Source: Armatimonadota bacterium
Lineage (GTDB): Bacteria > Sysuimicrobiota > Sysuimicrobiia > Sysuimicrobiales > Humicultoraceae
NCBI GenBank assembly: GCA_037446215.1
Contig: JBBIJB010000048.1
Coordinates: forward strand, 1 to 18,609
DNA length: 18,609 nt
Direction of reading: 5' to 3'
In this document: piece by piece, positions 7,521 through 15,030 of the stretch
How the letters are laid out: each line of letters begins with the position of its first letter
Position numbering within the stretch: the first letter of the stretch is position 1
Position numbers and translations under genes: made by a program
Notes under the pieces: model-generated
Told to the model about the DNA's origin: nothing
Database searches by the model: none
Seen by the model: the letters and a program-made list of their open reading frames with translations, nothing else

Positions 7521-7916
7521 CTAGGTGGTCTGCTCGGACAGCCGCTCGACCGTCACCGCCGCTCCGTCGCGTACCCCCTGGAACCGCGCGGCGTCGCCGT
7601 CCACCCGGCCGAAGACGTTCACGGGGCTCGCGGCCCTGGGCTCCGCGCCGCGGCTCGCGGGGGTGGCGCCGAAGAAGATGCAGAACGCCTCACCGGGGGG
7701 CCAGTAGCCCAGATCCCCCACGGCTACGACCTCGCGCGCGTCGGGCGCGCCCGGCAGTGAGAGCCCGATCCGGAAGTAGATCTCTTCCCCCCACCGATTG
7801 GCCCGCCCCCGTATCGGCAGCGCCTCCCAGATCGCATCGGCGGTGGTGGAGCGGTCGAGGGCCGCGGTCGCCTCGACCTCCCCTGCCTTGATTCGGACTA
7901 CCCTGCGCTCCGTCAT
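7521..7916 (-). CDS. Cyclophilin-like fold protein (DUF369/TM1367-like)
   Basis: Start ATG 7916 after GGAGG, 131 aa; ALPIRGRANRWGEEIYF, GDLGYWPPGEAFCIFFGATP, PRAASPVNVFGRV. Confidence 0.88.
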   Translation of the reverse strand: MTERRVVRIKAGEVEATAALDRSTTADAIWEALPIRGRANRWGEEIYFRIGLSLPGAPDAREVVAVGDLGYWPPGEAFCIFFGATPASRGAEPRAASPVNVFGRVDGDAARFQGVRDGAAVTVERLSEQTT

Positions 7917-8002
7917 CTCGGGCCTCCCGTGACGCGAGCGCCCCGTGGGAGCTCGCTGACTCGGTCCGGCCAAGACGGTTCCACCAGCGGGGCCGGATAC
8001 CC

Positions 8003-8031
8003 TCCACAACCCCGCGGAGTTCCTCTAGAAT
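8003..8031 (+). promoter_or_regulatory. Possible sigma70-type promoter of gcdH
   Basis: TCCACA (8003-8008)-N17-TAGAAT (8026-8031). Confidence 0.4.
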
Positions 8032-8097
8032 CAGAGCGGTGTCAGCCAGACAGGATCGGCGCTCGCGGTCAAACACCCGGACCCTGGAGGCGAAGAC

Positions 8098-9276
8098 GTG
8101 AAGCAACCTGCTGTCAGGCCCCTGGACTACTACCTGCTGGACGAGATGCTGGACGAGGAGGAGCGGATCCTGCGCGACACGGTGCGCAGGTTCGTCGACC
8201 GCGAGGTCTTACCGCACATCGGAGGATGGTGGCTTCGAGGCGAGTTCCCGCGCCATCTCGCGCAGAAGCTCGGGGAGATCGGCGTGCTCGGTGCGAACCT
8301 GCCAGCCGAGTATGGGGCAGCGGGTGTAAACAATGTCGCGTACGGCCTCATACTGCGGGAGCTCGAGAGGGGCGACTCGGGCCTTAGGTCGTTCGCCTCC
8401 GTGCAGGGCTCACTGGTCATGTACCCGATCTACGCGTTCGGGAGCGAGGAGCACCGCCGGCGGTGGCTCCCGCGACTGGCGGCCGGAGAGGCGATCGGGT
8501 GCTTCGGGCTGACCGAGCCGAGCGCCGGGTCAGACCCCGCGTCGATGCAGACACGGGCGCGGCGGCGTGGAAACCGCTGGGAGATCTCCGGCACGAAGAT
8601 GTGGATCACCAGCGGGTCGCTGGCAGACGTTGCCGTGATCTGGGCCAAGGACGATGAGGGTGAGATCCGCGGCTTCCTGGTCGAGCGCGGAACGCCCGGC
8701 TTCTCGGCCCACGAGCTGAAGACGAAGGCGAGCATGCGCGCCTCGGACACCTCAGAGCTCGTGCTCGACCGTGTCGAGATCGAAGACGACTGCAGGCTGC
8801 CGAAGGCGGAAGGGCTTCGAGCGGCGTTGGCCTGCCTGACCCAGGCACGGTACGGCATCGCGTGGGGTGCCGTCGGCGCCGCCTCGGCCTGCTTCGAGGA
8901 GGCCCTCGGCTACGCGTGCGACCGCGTCGCGTTCGGCAGGCCGATCGCGGCAACCCAGATCATCCAGGAGCGCCTGGTGGACATGATGACCGAGATAACC
9001 AAGGCGCAGCTGCTCGCCCACCGGCTCGGCCAGCTCAAGGACAGCGGGAGGATGAACTACGCGCACGTATCGATGGCGAAGCGCAACAACGTGCGCATGG
9101 CGCTCGAGGTCGCGCGCTCCGCTAGGACGATCCTCGGAGCCTACGGGATTACTACCGAGTACCAGTGCATGCGCCACGCGGCGAACCTGGAGTCCGTCGA
9201 CACCTACGAGGGGACCTACGACATCCACACCCTGATACTTGGAAGGGAGATCACCGGCTTCAGCGCATTCGGCTAG
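8098..9276 (+). CDS. gcdH: Acyl-CoA dehydrogenase, glutaryl-CoA dehydrogenase type
   Basis: 392 aa, GTG start with GGAGG SD; RELERGDSGLRSFASVQGSLVMYPI, GCFGLTEP, KMWIT, ARYGIAWG, KRNNV and TYEGTYDIH are GCDH-type signatures. Confidence 0.85.
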   Translation: MKQPAVRPLDYYLLDEMLDEEERILRDTVRRFVDREVLPHIGGWWLRGEFPRHLAQKLGEIGVLGANLPAEYGAAGVNNVAYGLILRELERGDSGLRSFASVQGSLVMYPIYAFGSEEHRRRWLPRLAAGEAIGCFGLTEPSAGSDPASMQTRARRRGNRWEISGTKMWITSGSLADVAVIWAKDDEGEIRGFLVERGTPGFSAHELKTKASMRASDTSELVLDRVEIEDDCRLPKAEGLRAALACLTQARYGIAWGAVGAASACFEEALGYACDRVAFGRPIAATQIIQERLVDMMTEITKAQLLAHRLGQLKDSGRMNYAHVSMAKRNNVRMALEVARSARTILGAYGITTEYQCMRHAANLESVDTYEGTYDIHTLILGREITGFSAFG

Positions 9277-9298
9277 GTGTCCCGGCGCGCCCGCCCAC

Positions 9299-9336
9299 AA
9301 AAACAGAGAAACGGCGGTCTGACCCGCCGTCCCTCT
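9299..9336 (-). terminator. Rho-independent terminator of the minus-strand peptide transcript
   Basis: Minus RNA AGAGGGACGGCGG-gucaga-CCGCCGUUUCUCU-GUUUUU: 13-bp stem whose two G-U wobbles would be A-C mismatches on the plus strand, followed by a U-tract. Confidence 0.85.
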
Positions 9337-9354
9337 TGGGCAAGCGCAGGGCGG

Positions 9355-9399
9355 CTACTTGCCCTTCTTCTTAGCGGCCTTCTTCGCCTTCTTCGCCAC
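9355..9399 (-). CDS. 14-aa Lys/Ala-rich peptide MAKKAKKAAKKKGK
   Basis: GTG GCG AAG AAG GCG AAG AAG GCC GCT AAG AAG AAG GGC AAG TAG; perfect SD AAGGAGG (9414-9408) with 8-nt spacing; terminator stem begins 18 nt after the stop. Confidence 0.75.
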   Translation of the reverse strand: MAKKAKKAAKKKGK

Positions 9400-9463
9400 C
9401 GTCCTCGCCTCCTTCTGCTTGGAAGATGGACGGCAGTATGGTGCCGTCGCATGTTCGTTCGCT

Positions 9464-9474
9464 ACTAGATGTTG
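9464..9474. promoter_or_regulatory. NrdR-box-like motif (CAACATCTAGT on the minus strand)
   Basis: Resembles the core of NrdR boxes (CnACATCTAGT type); single copy only. Confidence 0.35.
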
Positions 9475-9498
9475 ATATTCCTTCTCCACCCATCACAA

Positions 9499-9527
9499 AT
9501 TGTTGTTTCTCTTGTGGGGCAAGACAA
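9499..9527 (-). promoter_or_regulatory. Possible sigma70-type promoter of the Lys-rich peptide gene
   Basis: TTGTCT (9527-9522)-N17-AACAAT (9504-9499) in a conspicuously AT-rich stretch. Confidence 0.4.
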
Positions 9528-9533
9528 GCCGCT

Positions 9534-9560
9534 GCAGGAAAGGTCGACCGACAGCAGAAT
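9534..9560 (+). promoter_or_regulatory. SigH-like promoter of the SLH/SPOR/NAGPA gene
   Basis: GCAGGA-aaggtcgaccgacagca-GAAT = AGGA-N17-GAAT; ends 9 nt before ATG 9570, which has no good SD. Confidence 0.6.
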
Positions 9561-9569
9561 GACGGGGTA

Positions 9570-11519
9570 ATGGGAGCTGGTAGTGCCTGGCGGTGCCGAG
9601 CGTCAGCCGGCCTGGCCGCGGTCGTGCTAGTGCTAGTGGGGGCCTGGGGGCCGGAGCGTGCGGCGGCCCAGCCTGCCGACGTCACGGGCCACTGGGCAGA
9701 AGAGCAGGTCCTGGATCTACTCAGGCGCGGCATCATCTCCGCGGATCCCGAGGGCCGCTTCAACCCGGACGGGGCCATAGGGCGCGGCCAGTTCGTGGCT
9801 TGGCTGGTCTCGGCACGGGCAATTCCAAGGATCCGCCTCGAGGCGCGACCGTTCACGGATGTTCCGACGTCTCACGCCTTCGCACCAGAGATCGAGACCG
9901 CGGCCGCCTACGGCATGGTCGTTTCGGGCGGGGCCTTCAGGCCCGATTCCCCGATGCTCCGCGCCGACGGCTTCGAAGCACTGCTCCGCACGTTGGGCCA
10001 CACCTTCGAGTCATCGTACATGTCGCTGGCTCCGCTGCCCTTCGTGGACGCGGACGGACTCAGCACGGTGGCCCGCGGCGCCGTCGCGGTTGCGGTGAGG
10101 AGCGCCCCGCCTCTTCTCCGCGAGCCGCCCTCCGATCGACTGCGGCCGGGTGAGGTGATGACCCGCGCCGAGGCGGCCAGCCTCGTCTGGGGCTACATCC
10201 AAGCCGTAGAGCGGGGGGGGCGCTTCACGTTCGTCCGGCCGCTGGGCAGTGGCGTAACCTTGGTTCTCGAGAAGAGGGGAGCGCTGCGGTCTCTCCCCGC
10301 CTGGAGGGTCCAGATCGGCGCATTCGCCGAGGAGGATAGGGCAAGGCAGCTGGCCTCGTCGATGCGTGCCCGCGGTTTGGCCGCATTCGTGGACCTCCTG
10401 GACGACCTCCACAAGGTCCGGGTCGGGAGCTTCGCGACGCGCGGCGAGGCGGTCGAGCTGCAGCGGCGGCTCTCCGGCGAAGGGTTCCAGACAGCGCTCG
10501 TCGTGACCCTACCGGACTACGAGGTGCTGCCAGGGCCTTTCTGGACGGGAGCGGTGCTGATCGAGGCCCCGGGGGGTGCCCGCCTTCGGCCGGCGCTGGC
10601 GCGGGGAGCGGAGATGGGGCGCGGGAGGACGAGCGACGCGGCGCGCAGGACGGGCGCGATCGCGGCGGTCAACGGCGGGTTCTTCGCGAGCGGCGGCGGC
10701 CCGCTCGGCTGCCTCGTGATAGACCGCGAGGTGGTCGCGTCGCCGCAGCCCGGGCGCACCTGTGCGGGCATCCACGAGGACGGCGGGGTCCTCTTCGACG
10801 TCGTGCGACTTGAGGCCGCGGCCACTGCGGATGGGCGCTCAACGACCATCGACGGCGTCAATCGGGCCCGGGGATCCGACGAGATCATCCTCTACCGCCC
10901 TGCGTTCGGCGCCTCGACGCGCACGAACAACTTCGGCGCGGAGGTGATCCTGGCAGGCGACACGGTACTGAGTGTCGTAGACGGAAGGGGGAACAACTCA
11001 ATACCCGCGGGCGGCTCGGTGCTCTCCGGGCATGGGCGGGGCCGGTCGGCGCTGCTGACCGCGTTCCGGCCCGGAGAGAGGGTTGTTGCGGCGGCGCGTC
11101 TGGGCCCGGTCTCCGGCGACCCGAGGTGGTCCGGGGTCCGCCACGTGATCGGCGGCGGGCCGCGCCTGCTGGCCGCGGGTCAGTTCGTAGGAGGAGAGGG
11201 GTTCAGGCCGTCCTTCTCGGACCGGAGACACCCGAGAACGGCGCTGGGAGTGCTTGCCGACGGTCGCGTCCTGCTGGTGACAGTGGACGGGCGACAGCCC
11301 TATCACAGCCTCGGCATGAACCTGCTGGAGCTCGCGATGCTGCTTCTCCAACTCGGCGTCACCGACGCGCTCAACCTCGACGGCGGAGGGTCGACGACCC
11401 TCGTGGTCGGCGGCTCCGTCGTCAACCTTCCCTCTGACGAAGCAGGCGAGAGACCGGTGAGCGATGTGCTGCTGGTGCTGCCGCCGGAGTCGGCCGGGCG
11501 CCGGCATCCCGTGCAGTGA
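9570..11519 (+). CDS. Secreted SLH + SPOR + phosphodiester glycosidase (NAGPA family) protein
   Basis: 649 aa from ATG 9570; signal peptide ending ERAAA; SLH repeats (DVTGHWAE..FNPDGAIGRG; FTDVP..FRPDSPMLRA; FVD..LRPGEVMTRAEAA); SPOR (WRVQIGAF...KVRVGSFATRGEA); NAGPA motifs AAVNGGFF, GGGPRLL, RHPRTALG, TVDGR, ALNLDGGGST. Confidence 0.9.
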   Translation: MGAGSAWRCRASAGLAAVVLVLVGAWGPERAAAQPADVTGHWAEEQVLDLLRRGIISADPEGRFNPDGAIGRGQFVAWLVSARAIPRIRLEARPFTDVPTSHAFAPEIETAAAYGMVVSGGAFRPDSPMLRADGFEALLRTLGHTFESSYMSLAPLPFVDADGLSTVARGAVAVAVRSAPPLLREPPSDRLRPGEVMTRAEAASLVWGYIQAVERGGRFTFVRPLGSGVTLVLEKRGALRSLPAWRVQIGAFAEEDRARQLASSMRARGLAAFVDLLDDLHKVRVGSFATRGEAVELQRRLSGEGFQTALVVTLPDYEVLPGPFWTGAVLIEAPGGARLRPALARGAEMGRGRTSDAARRTGAIAAVNGGFFASGGGPLGCLVIDREVVASPQPGRTCAGIHEDGGVLFDVVRLEAAATADGRSTTIDGVNRARGSDEIILYRPAFGASTRTNNFGAEVILAGDTVLSVVDGRGNNSIPAGGSVLSGHGRGRSALLTAFRPGERVVAAARLGPVSGDPRWSGVRHVIGGGPRLLAAGQFVGGEGFRPSFSDRRHPRTALGVLADGRVLLVTVDGRQPYHSLGMNLLELAMLLLQLGVTDALNLDGGGSTTLVVGGSVVNLPSDEAGERPVSDVLLVLPPESAGRRHPVQ

Positions 11520-11578
11520 GCGGGCGGTTCGATAGGGAGGAGCCGATCCGTACGCCCGAATAGGAGGTTTGGCCATCC

Positions 11579-13189
11579 ATGCTCGACACTTGCTTCAGGC
11601 ACGCGAAGGTCGCCGACGGAAGCGGCAACCCCGCCTTCCTCGCCGATGTTGGGGTCAGGGACGGCAGGATCGTCGGCGTCGGTGACCTCTCGGGGATGCA
11701 CGCGCGCCACAACGTCAACTGCGCGGGCGCCGTGCTGGCCCCGGGCTTCATAGACCTTCACACCCACACCGACTTCTCGCTGCCCTCCTACCCTGGCGCG
11801 GAGGCAATGACCCGCCAGGGAGTGACGACACACCTCGCGGGGAACTGCGGCTTCTCACCGTTCCCGGTGAGGGCTGAGACGCTGCCGCTGCTACGCTCCT
11901 ACGCGGAGTTCATCGGAGCCGGTCTCTCCTACGACTGGGAGGATGCCGACGGCTACGCCGGCATGCTGGAGTCACTTCCCCTGGGCTGCAACATCGCCCT
12001 CCAGGTCGGTCATGGAACCCTGAGGATCGCGGTGATGGGGTTCGACGACCGGCCCCCGACGCAGGCGGAGACGGAACGGATGGCTGATCTCGCCGCCAGG
12101 GCGTTCGAGCAGGGTGTCTTCGGCCTCTCATCCGGCCTCATCTACGCGCCAGGCAGCTTCGCCGCCACCGACGAACTCGTCGCCATGGCGTGCGCGGCGG
12201 CCGGGCACGGCGCCTTCTACTCGACGCACATCCGCGGCGAAGGAGCCACCCTCGTCGATGCCGTGTGCGAGGCGCTGGAGATCGGAAGGCGGTCGGGAGC
12301 CCCGGTGCAGATAAGCCACCACAAGGCGTCAGGGCGTCAGAACTGGGGGAAGGTCAGGGAGACACTGGGTCTCATCGACAGGGCGCGGGCCAAGGGCCAG
12401 GACGTCTTGGCCGACCAGTATCCCTACACGGCCGGCAGCACGACGCTGGCGGCCATACTGCCGCGGTGGGTGCTTGAGGGCGGTGTGGAGAGGATGCTCG
12501 AGCGCCTGGCCGATCCGGAGACTCGTGCGCGCATAAAGGACCTGCTCCTCCCGCCCGAGGGGGCGCGGCAGGCAGAGGCGCGGGAGTTCGACCCTGAGGC
12601 GATCATGATCAGCTCCGTCCCGGACGGCCCGAACAAGGTGCACGAGGGATCGATGCTGGCAGAGATAGCGAGGGACAGGGGCGAGCACCCCCTGGACACG
12701 GCGCTGCACCTCCTGCGTGAGGAGCGAGGCGGCGTGCAGATGATAATCTTCTCCATGTCGGAGGAGGACGTGAGGACCGTGATGCGGCACCGCGCGGTCA
12801 CCGTCGCAAGCGATGGGTGGACGCTCAGCCCCAGCTCGGGCGGGAAGCCGCATCCGCGGAGCTACGGAACGTTCGCGCGGGTGCTCGGCACCTACGTGAG
12901 GGAAGAGCACGTGCTTCCCCTGGAGGAGGCCGTCCGGAAGATGACCTCGCTGCCGGCCGGCAGGCTTCGCCTCGGAGATCGGGGCACCGTTCGCCCCGGC
13001 GGCATCGCGGATCTAGTTGTGTTCGATCCCTCGACCGTTTCGAGCCCTGCGACCTTCAAGGACCCGCACAGGTTCTGCGAGGGCGTGCTGCACGTCATGA
13101 TAGGCGGCCAGTTCGTGGTGGAGATGGGAGAGGACACCGGCGCCAGGCCGGGCCGGGTCCTGAGGAAGACGAACTCGACGAGGAGATAG
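11579..13189 (+). CDS. N-acyl-D-amino-acid deacylase (D-aminoacylase), amidohydrolase superfamily
   Basis: 536 aa; PGFIDLHTHTD, GNCG, GLIYAPG, HIR, ISHHK, DQYPYTAGST, ASDG, HPRSYGTF, EAVRKMTSLPA, ADLVVFD. Confidence 0.93.
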   Translation: MLDTCFRHAKVADGSGNPAFLADVGVRDGRIVGVGDLSGMHARHNVNCAGAVLAPGFIDLHTHTDFSLPSYPGAEAMTRQGVTTHLAGNCGFSPFPVRAETLPLLRSYAEFIGAGLSYDWEDADGYAGMLESLPLGCNIALQVGHGTLRIAVMGFDDRPPTQAETERMADLAARAFEQGVFGLSSGLIYAPGSFAATDELVAMACAAAGHGAFYSTHIRGEGATLVDAVCEALEIGRRSGAPVQISHHKASGRQNWGKVRETLGLIDRARAKGQDVLADQYPYTAGSTTLAAILPRWVLEGGVERMLERLADPETRARIKDLLLPPEGARQAEAREFDPEAIMISSVPDGPNKVHEGSMLAEIARDRGEHPLDTALHLLREERGGVQMIIFSMSEEDVRTVMRHRAVTVASDGWTLSPSSGGKPHPRSYGTFARVLGTYVREEHVLPLEEAVRKMTSLPAGRLRLGDRGTVRPGGIADLVVFDPSTVSSPATFKDPHRFCEGVLHVMIGGQFVVEMGEDTGARPGRVLRKTNSTRR

Positions 13190-13234
13190 CGCCCGCGATC
13201 CGGCGGGCCGTGCCCGGGCTCCGGGACCCCTAGG

Positions 13235-13867
13235 TCAGGGCTCCTCGCCGACCGCGGTGAGGTCGTCTCTCGTGTCTATGTCCGCCGCTTCGGCCTCGGG
13301 CAGTGGAACGGTGGTGACCTCCTCTGGGTGCGCGAGCAGTATGCTCCTTGCACCGCGGTCTCCCTCCAGCGCAAGCAGCTCCGGAAACAGGCTCCTGTGG
13401 AAGTACGCGGGAGGGCCGGCCGTCGCGAGACAGGCCGACGCCACGATTCGGGCCCCCCCGGAAGCAGCATCGATCAGCCGGGCGATCGCCTCCGCGGTCA
13501 CGAACGGCTGGTCCGCAAGCAGTATCACGGCGCCCTCGGCATCCCCGTGAACTGCCCCAACGCCCACGCTGATCGACGAGCCCATGCCCTCCCCGGGCTC
13601 CGGATTGTGCACGATCCTGACGCGCAGCCCGTCCAGCAGGGCCCTGTAGAGGTCGCCGTGGGTTCCGAGCACTACGATCACCTCAGCGCACCCCGACTCC
13701 AGCGCCGCCTGTGCCGCCCTGCGAATCATCGGCACACCCCTTATGGGCAGCGCCAGCTTCGGCCTGCCCATGCGGGTGCTGCCGCCGGCTGCGAGCACCA
13801 CCGCGGCGACAACCGTCCTGTTCACGGCCGTCCCGATCATGGTCGGATCCTGGTGCTCACGCCTCAC
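13235..13867 (-). CDS. mocA: Molybdenum cofactor cytidylyltransferase (MocA-like nucleotidyltransferase)
   Basis: VLAAGGSTRMGRPKL, HNPEPGEGMGSS, LADQP, LEGDRGAR, DIDT; GTG overlaps the xdhC stop (alternative ATG 13840). Confidence 0.88.
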   Translation of the reverse strand: MRREHQDPTMIGTAVNRTVVAAVVLAAGGSTRMGRPKLALPIRGVPMIRRAAQAALESGCAEVIVVLGTHGDLYRALLDGLRVRIVHNPEPGEGMGSSISVGVGAVHGDAEGAVILLADQPFVTAEAIARLIDAASGGARIVASACLATAGPPAYFHRSLFPELLALEGDRGARSILLAHPEEVTTVPLPEAEAADIDTRDDLTAVGEEP

Positions 13868-15009
13868 CTATCGGCGGCCGGCTCCGCGTGTATCGGGCCG
13901 TGCCGCTCACGCAGGAACCCGCCCCGTCGCCCCCTTGCCGCGGCAAGGATCTCGCCGACAACCGAGATTGCAATCTCGTCAGGTGTCTCGCCTCCAATGT
14001 CCAGCCCCACCGGTCCGAAGAGCCGGGCCTCGCTCTCTCCGGCCACCTGCACGCCGGCTCCGCGAAGCTCCCGCAGAATCTTCTCGGTCCGGGCCCGCGG
14101 CCCCAGCACTCCGATGTAGCCGGCGTCGCTTGGCAGGAAGGCTCGCAGCAACTCCTTGTCGTGCAGGTAGTTGTGAGTCATCACCAGCACGCAGGTGTGC
14201 CGGTCCACCCGCACCGCGTCGCGGGCGTCGGAGAACTCCGCGTGCACGAACCCGACCGCGCCGGGGAAGCGCTCTGTGGACAGCAGCCCTTCCCTGCGGT
14301 CCAGGACCAGGACCCGCCATCCCAGCTGTGCCCCGAGCCTGACCACCGGGACCGCATCGTGGCCGGCTCCGCAGACCACGAGCCTCAAGGGAGGGCGCAT
14401 CACCTCAACGAAGATGCGCGCGGCGCCCTGCGGGGTGGCCACCCTGTGGCACCCGGACCGCAGCCCGGCAAGCGCCGCCCGGACCAGCGCGACCGCCTCG
14501 TCACCCTCGCTGTCGCCGCCCGGATCACAGAGCGAGCCGAGGCTGCGGCCGTCCGGCCAAACCGCCATCCGCGATCCGGTCTGCAGCGCGCCCGCGCCCG
14601 CCACAACGGTGGCAACGGCAACGGCCTCCGCGCCCTCCATCGCGCCCCGTACGGCTTCCCACAGCACATCCCCGGCGCCGGCAACCTCGACGAAGACCTC
14701 GATCGCGCCGTTGCATCCGAGGCCGAGCCCCCACACGGCGTCGTCGTCCGCGGTGAGATCGTAGAGGAGCACCTTGGGGGTGCCGGTCCCCATCACCTCG
14801 CCTGCCGCGTCGGCCACGTCGGCCTCGAGGCATCCGCCGCTGATGTTGCCCACCAGCCGTCCCGAGCCGCACACCAGCAGGCGTGCCCCCTCGCGCCTGT
14901 AGGTCGAGCCCCGCACGGCGATGATGGTGGCCAGCGCCGCCGGCTCGCCGGCGGCCGAGGCCTGGTTCACGGCTTCCAGGATCTCCGCGTACTCTTTCAT
15001 AGCGCTCAT
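13864..15009 (-). CDS. xdhC: XdhC/CoxF/CoxI family Moco-insertion chaperone
   Basis: 381 aa; GSTYRREGA, ISGGCLE, GLGCNG, GAGHDA, MTHN, YIGVLGPRAR, PVGLDIGGETPDEIAIS. Confidence 0.93.
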   Translation of the reverse strand: MSAMKEYAEILEAVNQASAAGEPAALATIIAVRGSTYRREGARLLVCGSGRLVGNISGGCLEADVADAAGEVMGTGTPKVLLYDLTADDDAVWGLGLGCNGAIEVFVEVAGAGDVLWEAVRGAMEGAEAVAVATVVAGAGALQTGSRMAVWPDGRSLGSLCDPGGDSEGDEAVALVRAALAGLRSGCHRVATPQGAARIFVEVMRPPLRLVVCGAGHDAVPVVRLGAQLGWRVLVLDRREGLLSTERFPGAVGFVHAEFSDARDAVRVDRHTCVLVMTHNYLHDKELLRAFLPSDAGYIGVLGPRARTEKILRELRGAGVQVAGESEARLFGPVGLDIGGETPDEIAISVVGEILAAARGRRGGFLRERHGPIHAEPAADR

Positions 15010-15030
15010 CGGCCGCGCCCTCCTACTACC

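Noticed and set aside
9448..9461. CGCATGTTCGTTCG, resembling a Gram-positive LexA box (CGAAC-N4-GTTCG)
   Set aside because: Only the right half-site matches; the left half has two mismatches.
9371..9856. 161-aa minus-strand ORF overlapping the Lys-rich peptide in another frame
   Set aside because: Antisense to the SLH gene and motif-free; the SD-supported frame is 9399-9355. An upstream in-frame GTG at 9489 (44 aa) lacks an SD.
10213..10220. G8 homopolymer in the SLH-SPOR-NAGPA gene as a phase-variation tract
   Set aside because: Short, in frame (Arg-Gly-Gly) and unsurprising at this GC content.
13190..13234. Short GC hairpins between the convergent D-aminoacylase and mocA genes
   Set aside because: Stems of about 5 bp and no U-tract on either strand; cannot be called a terminator.
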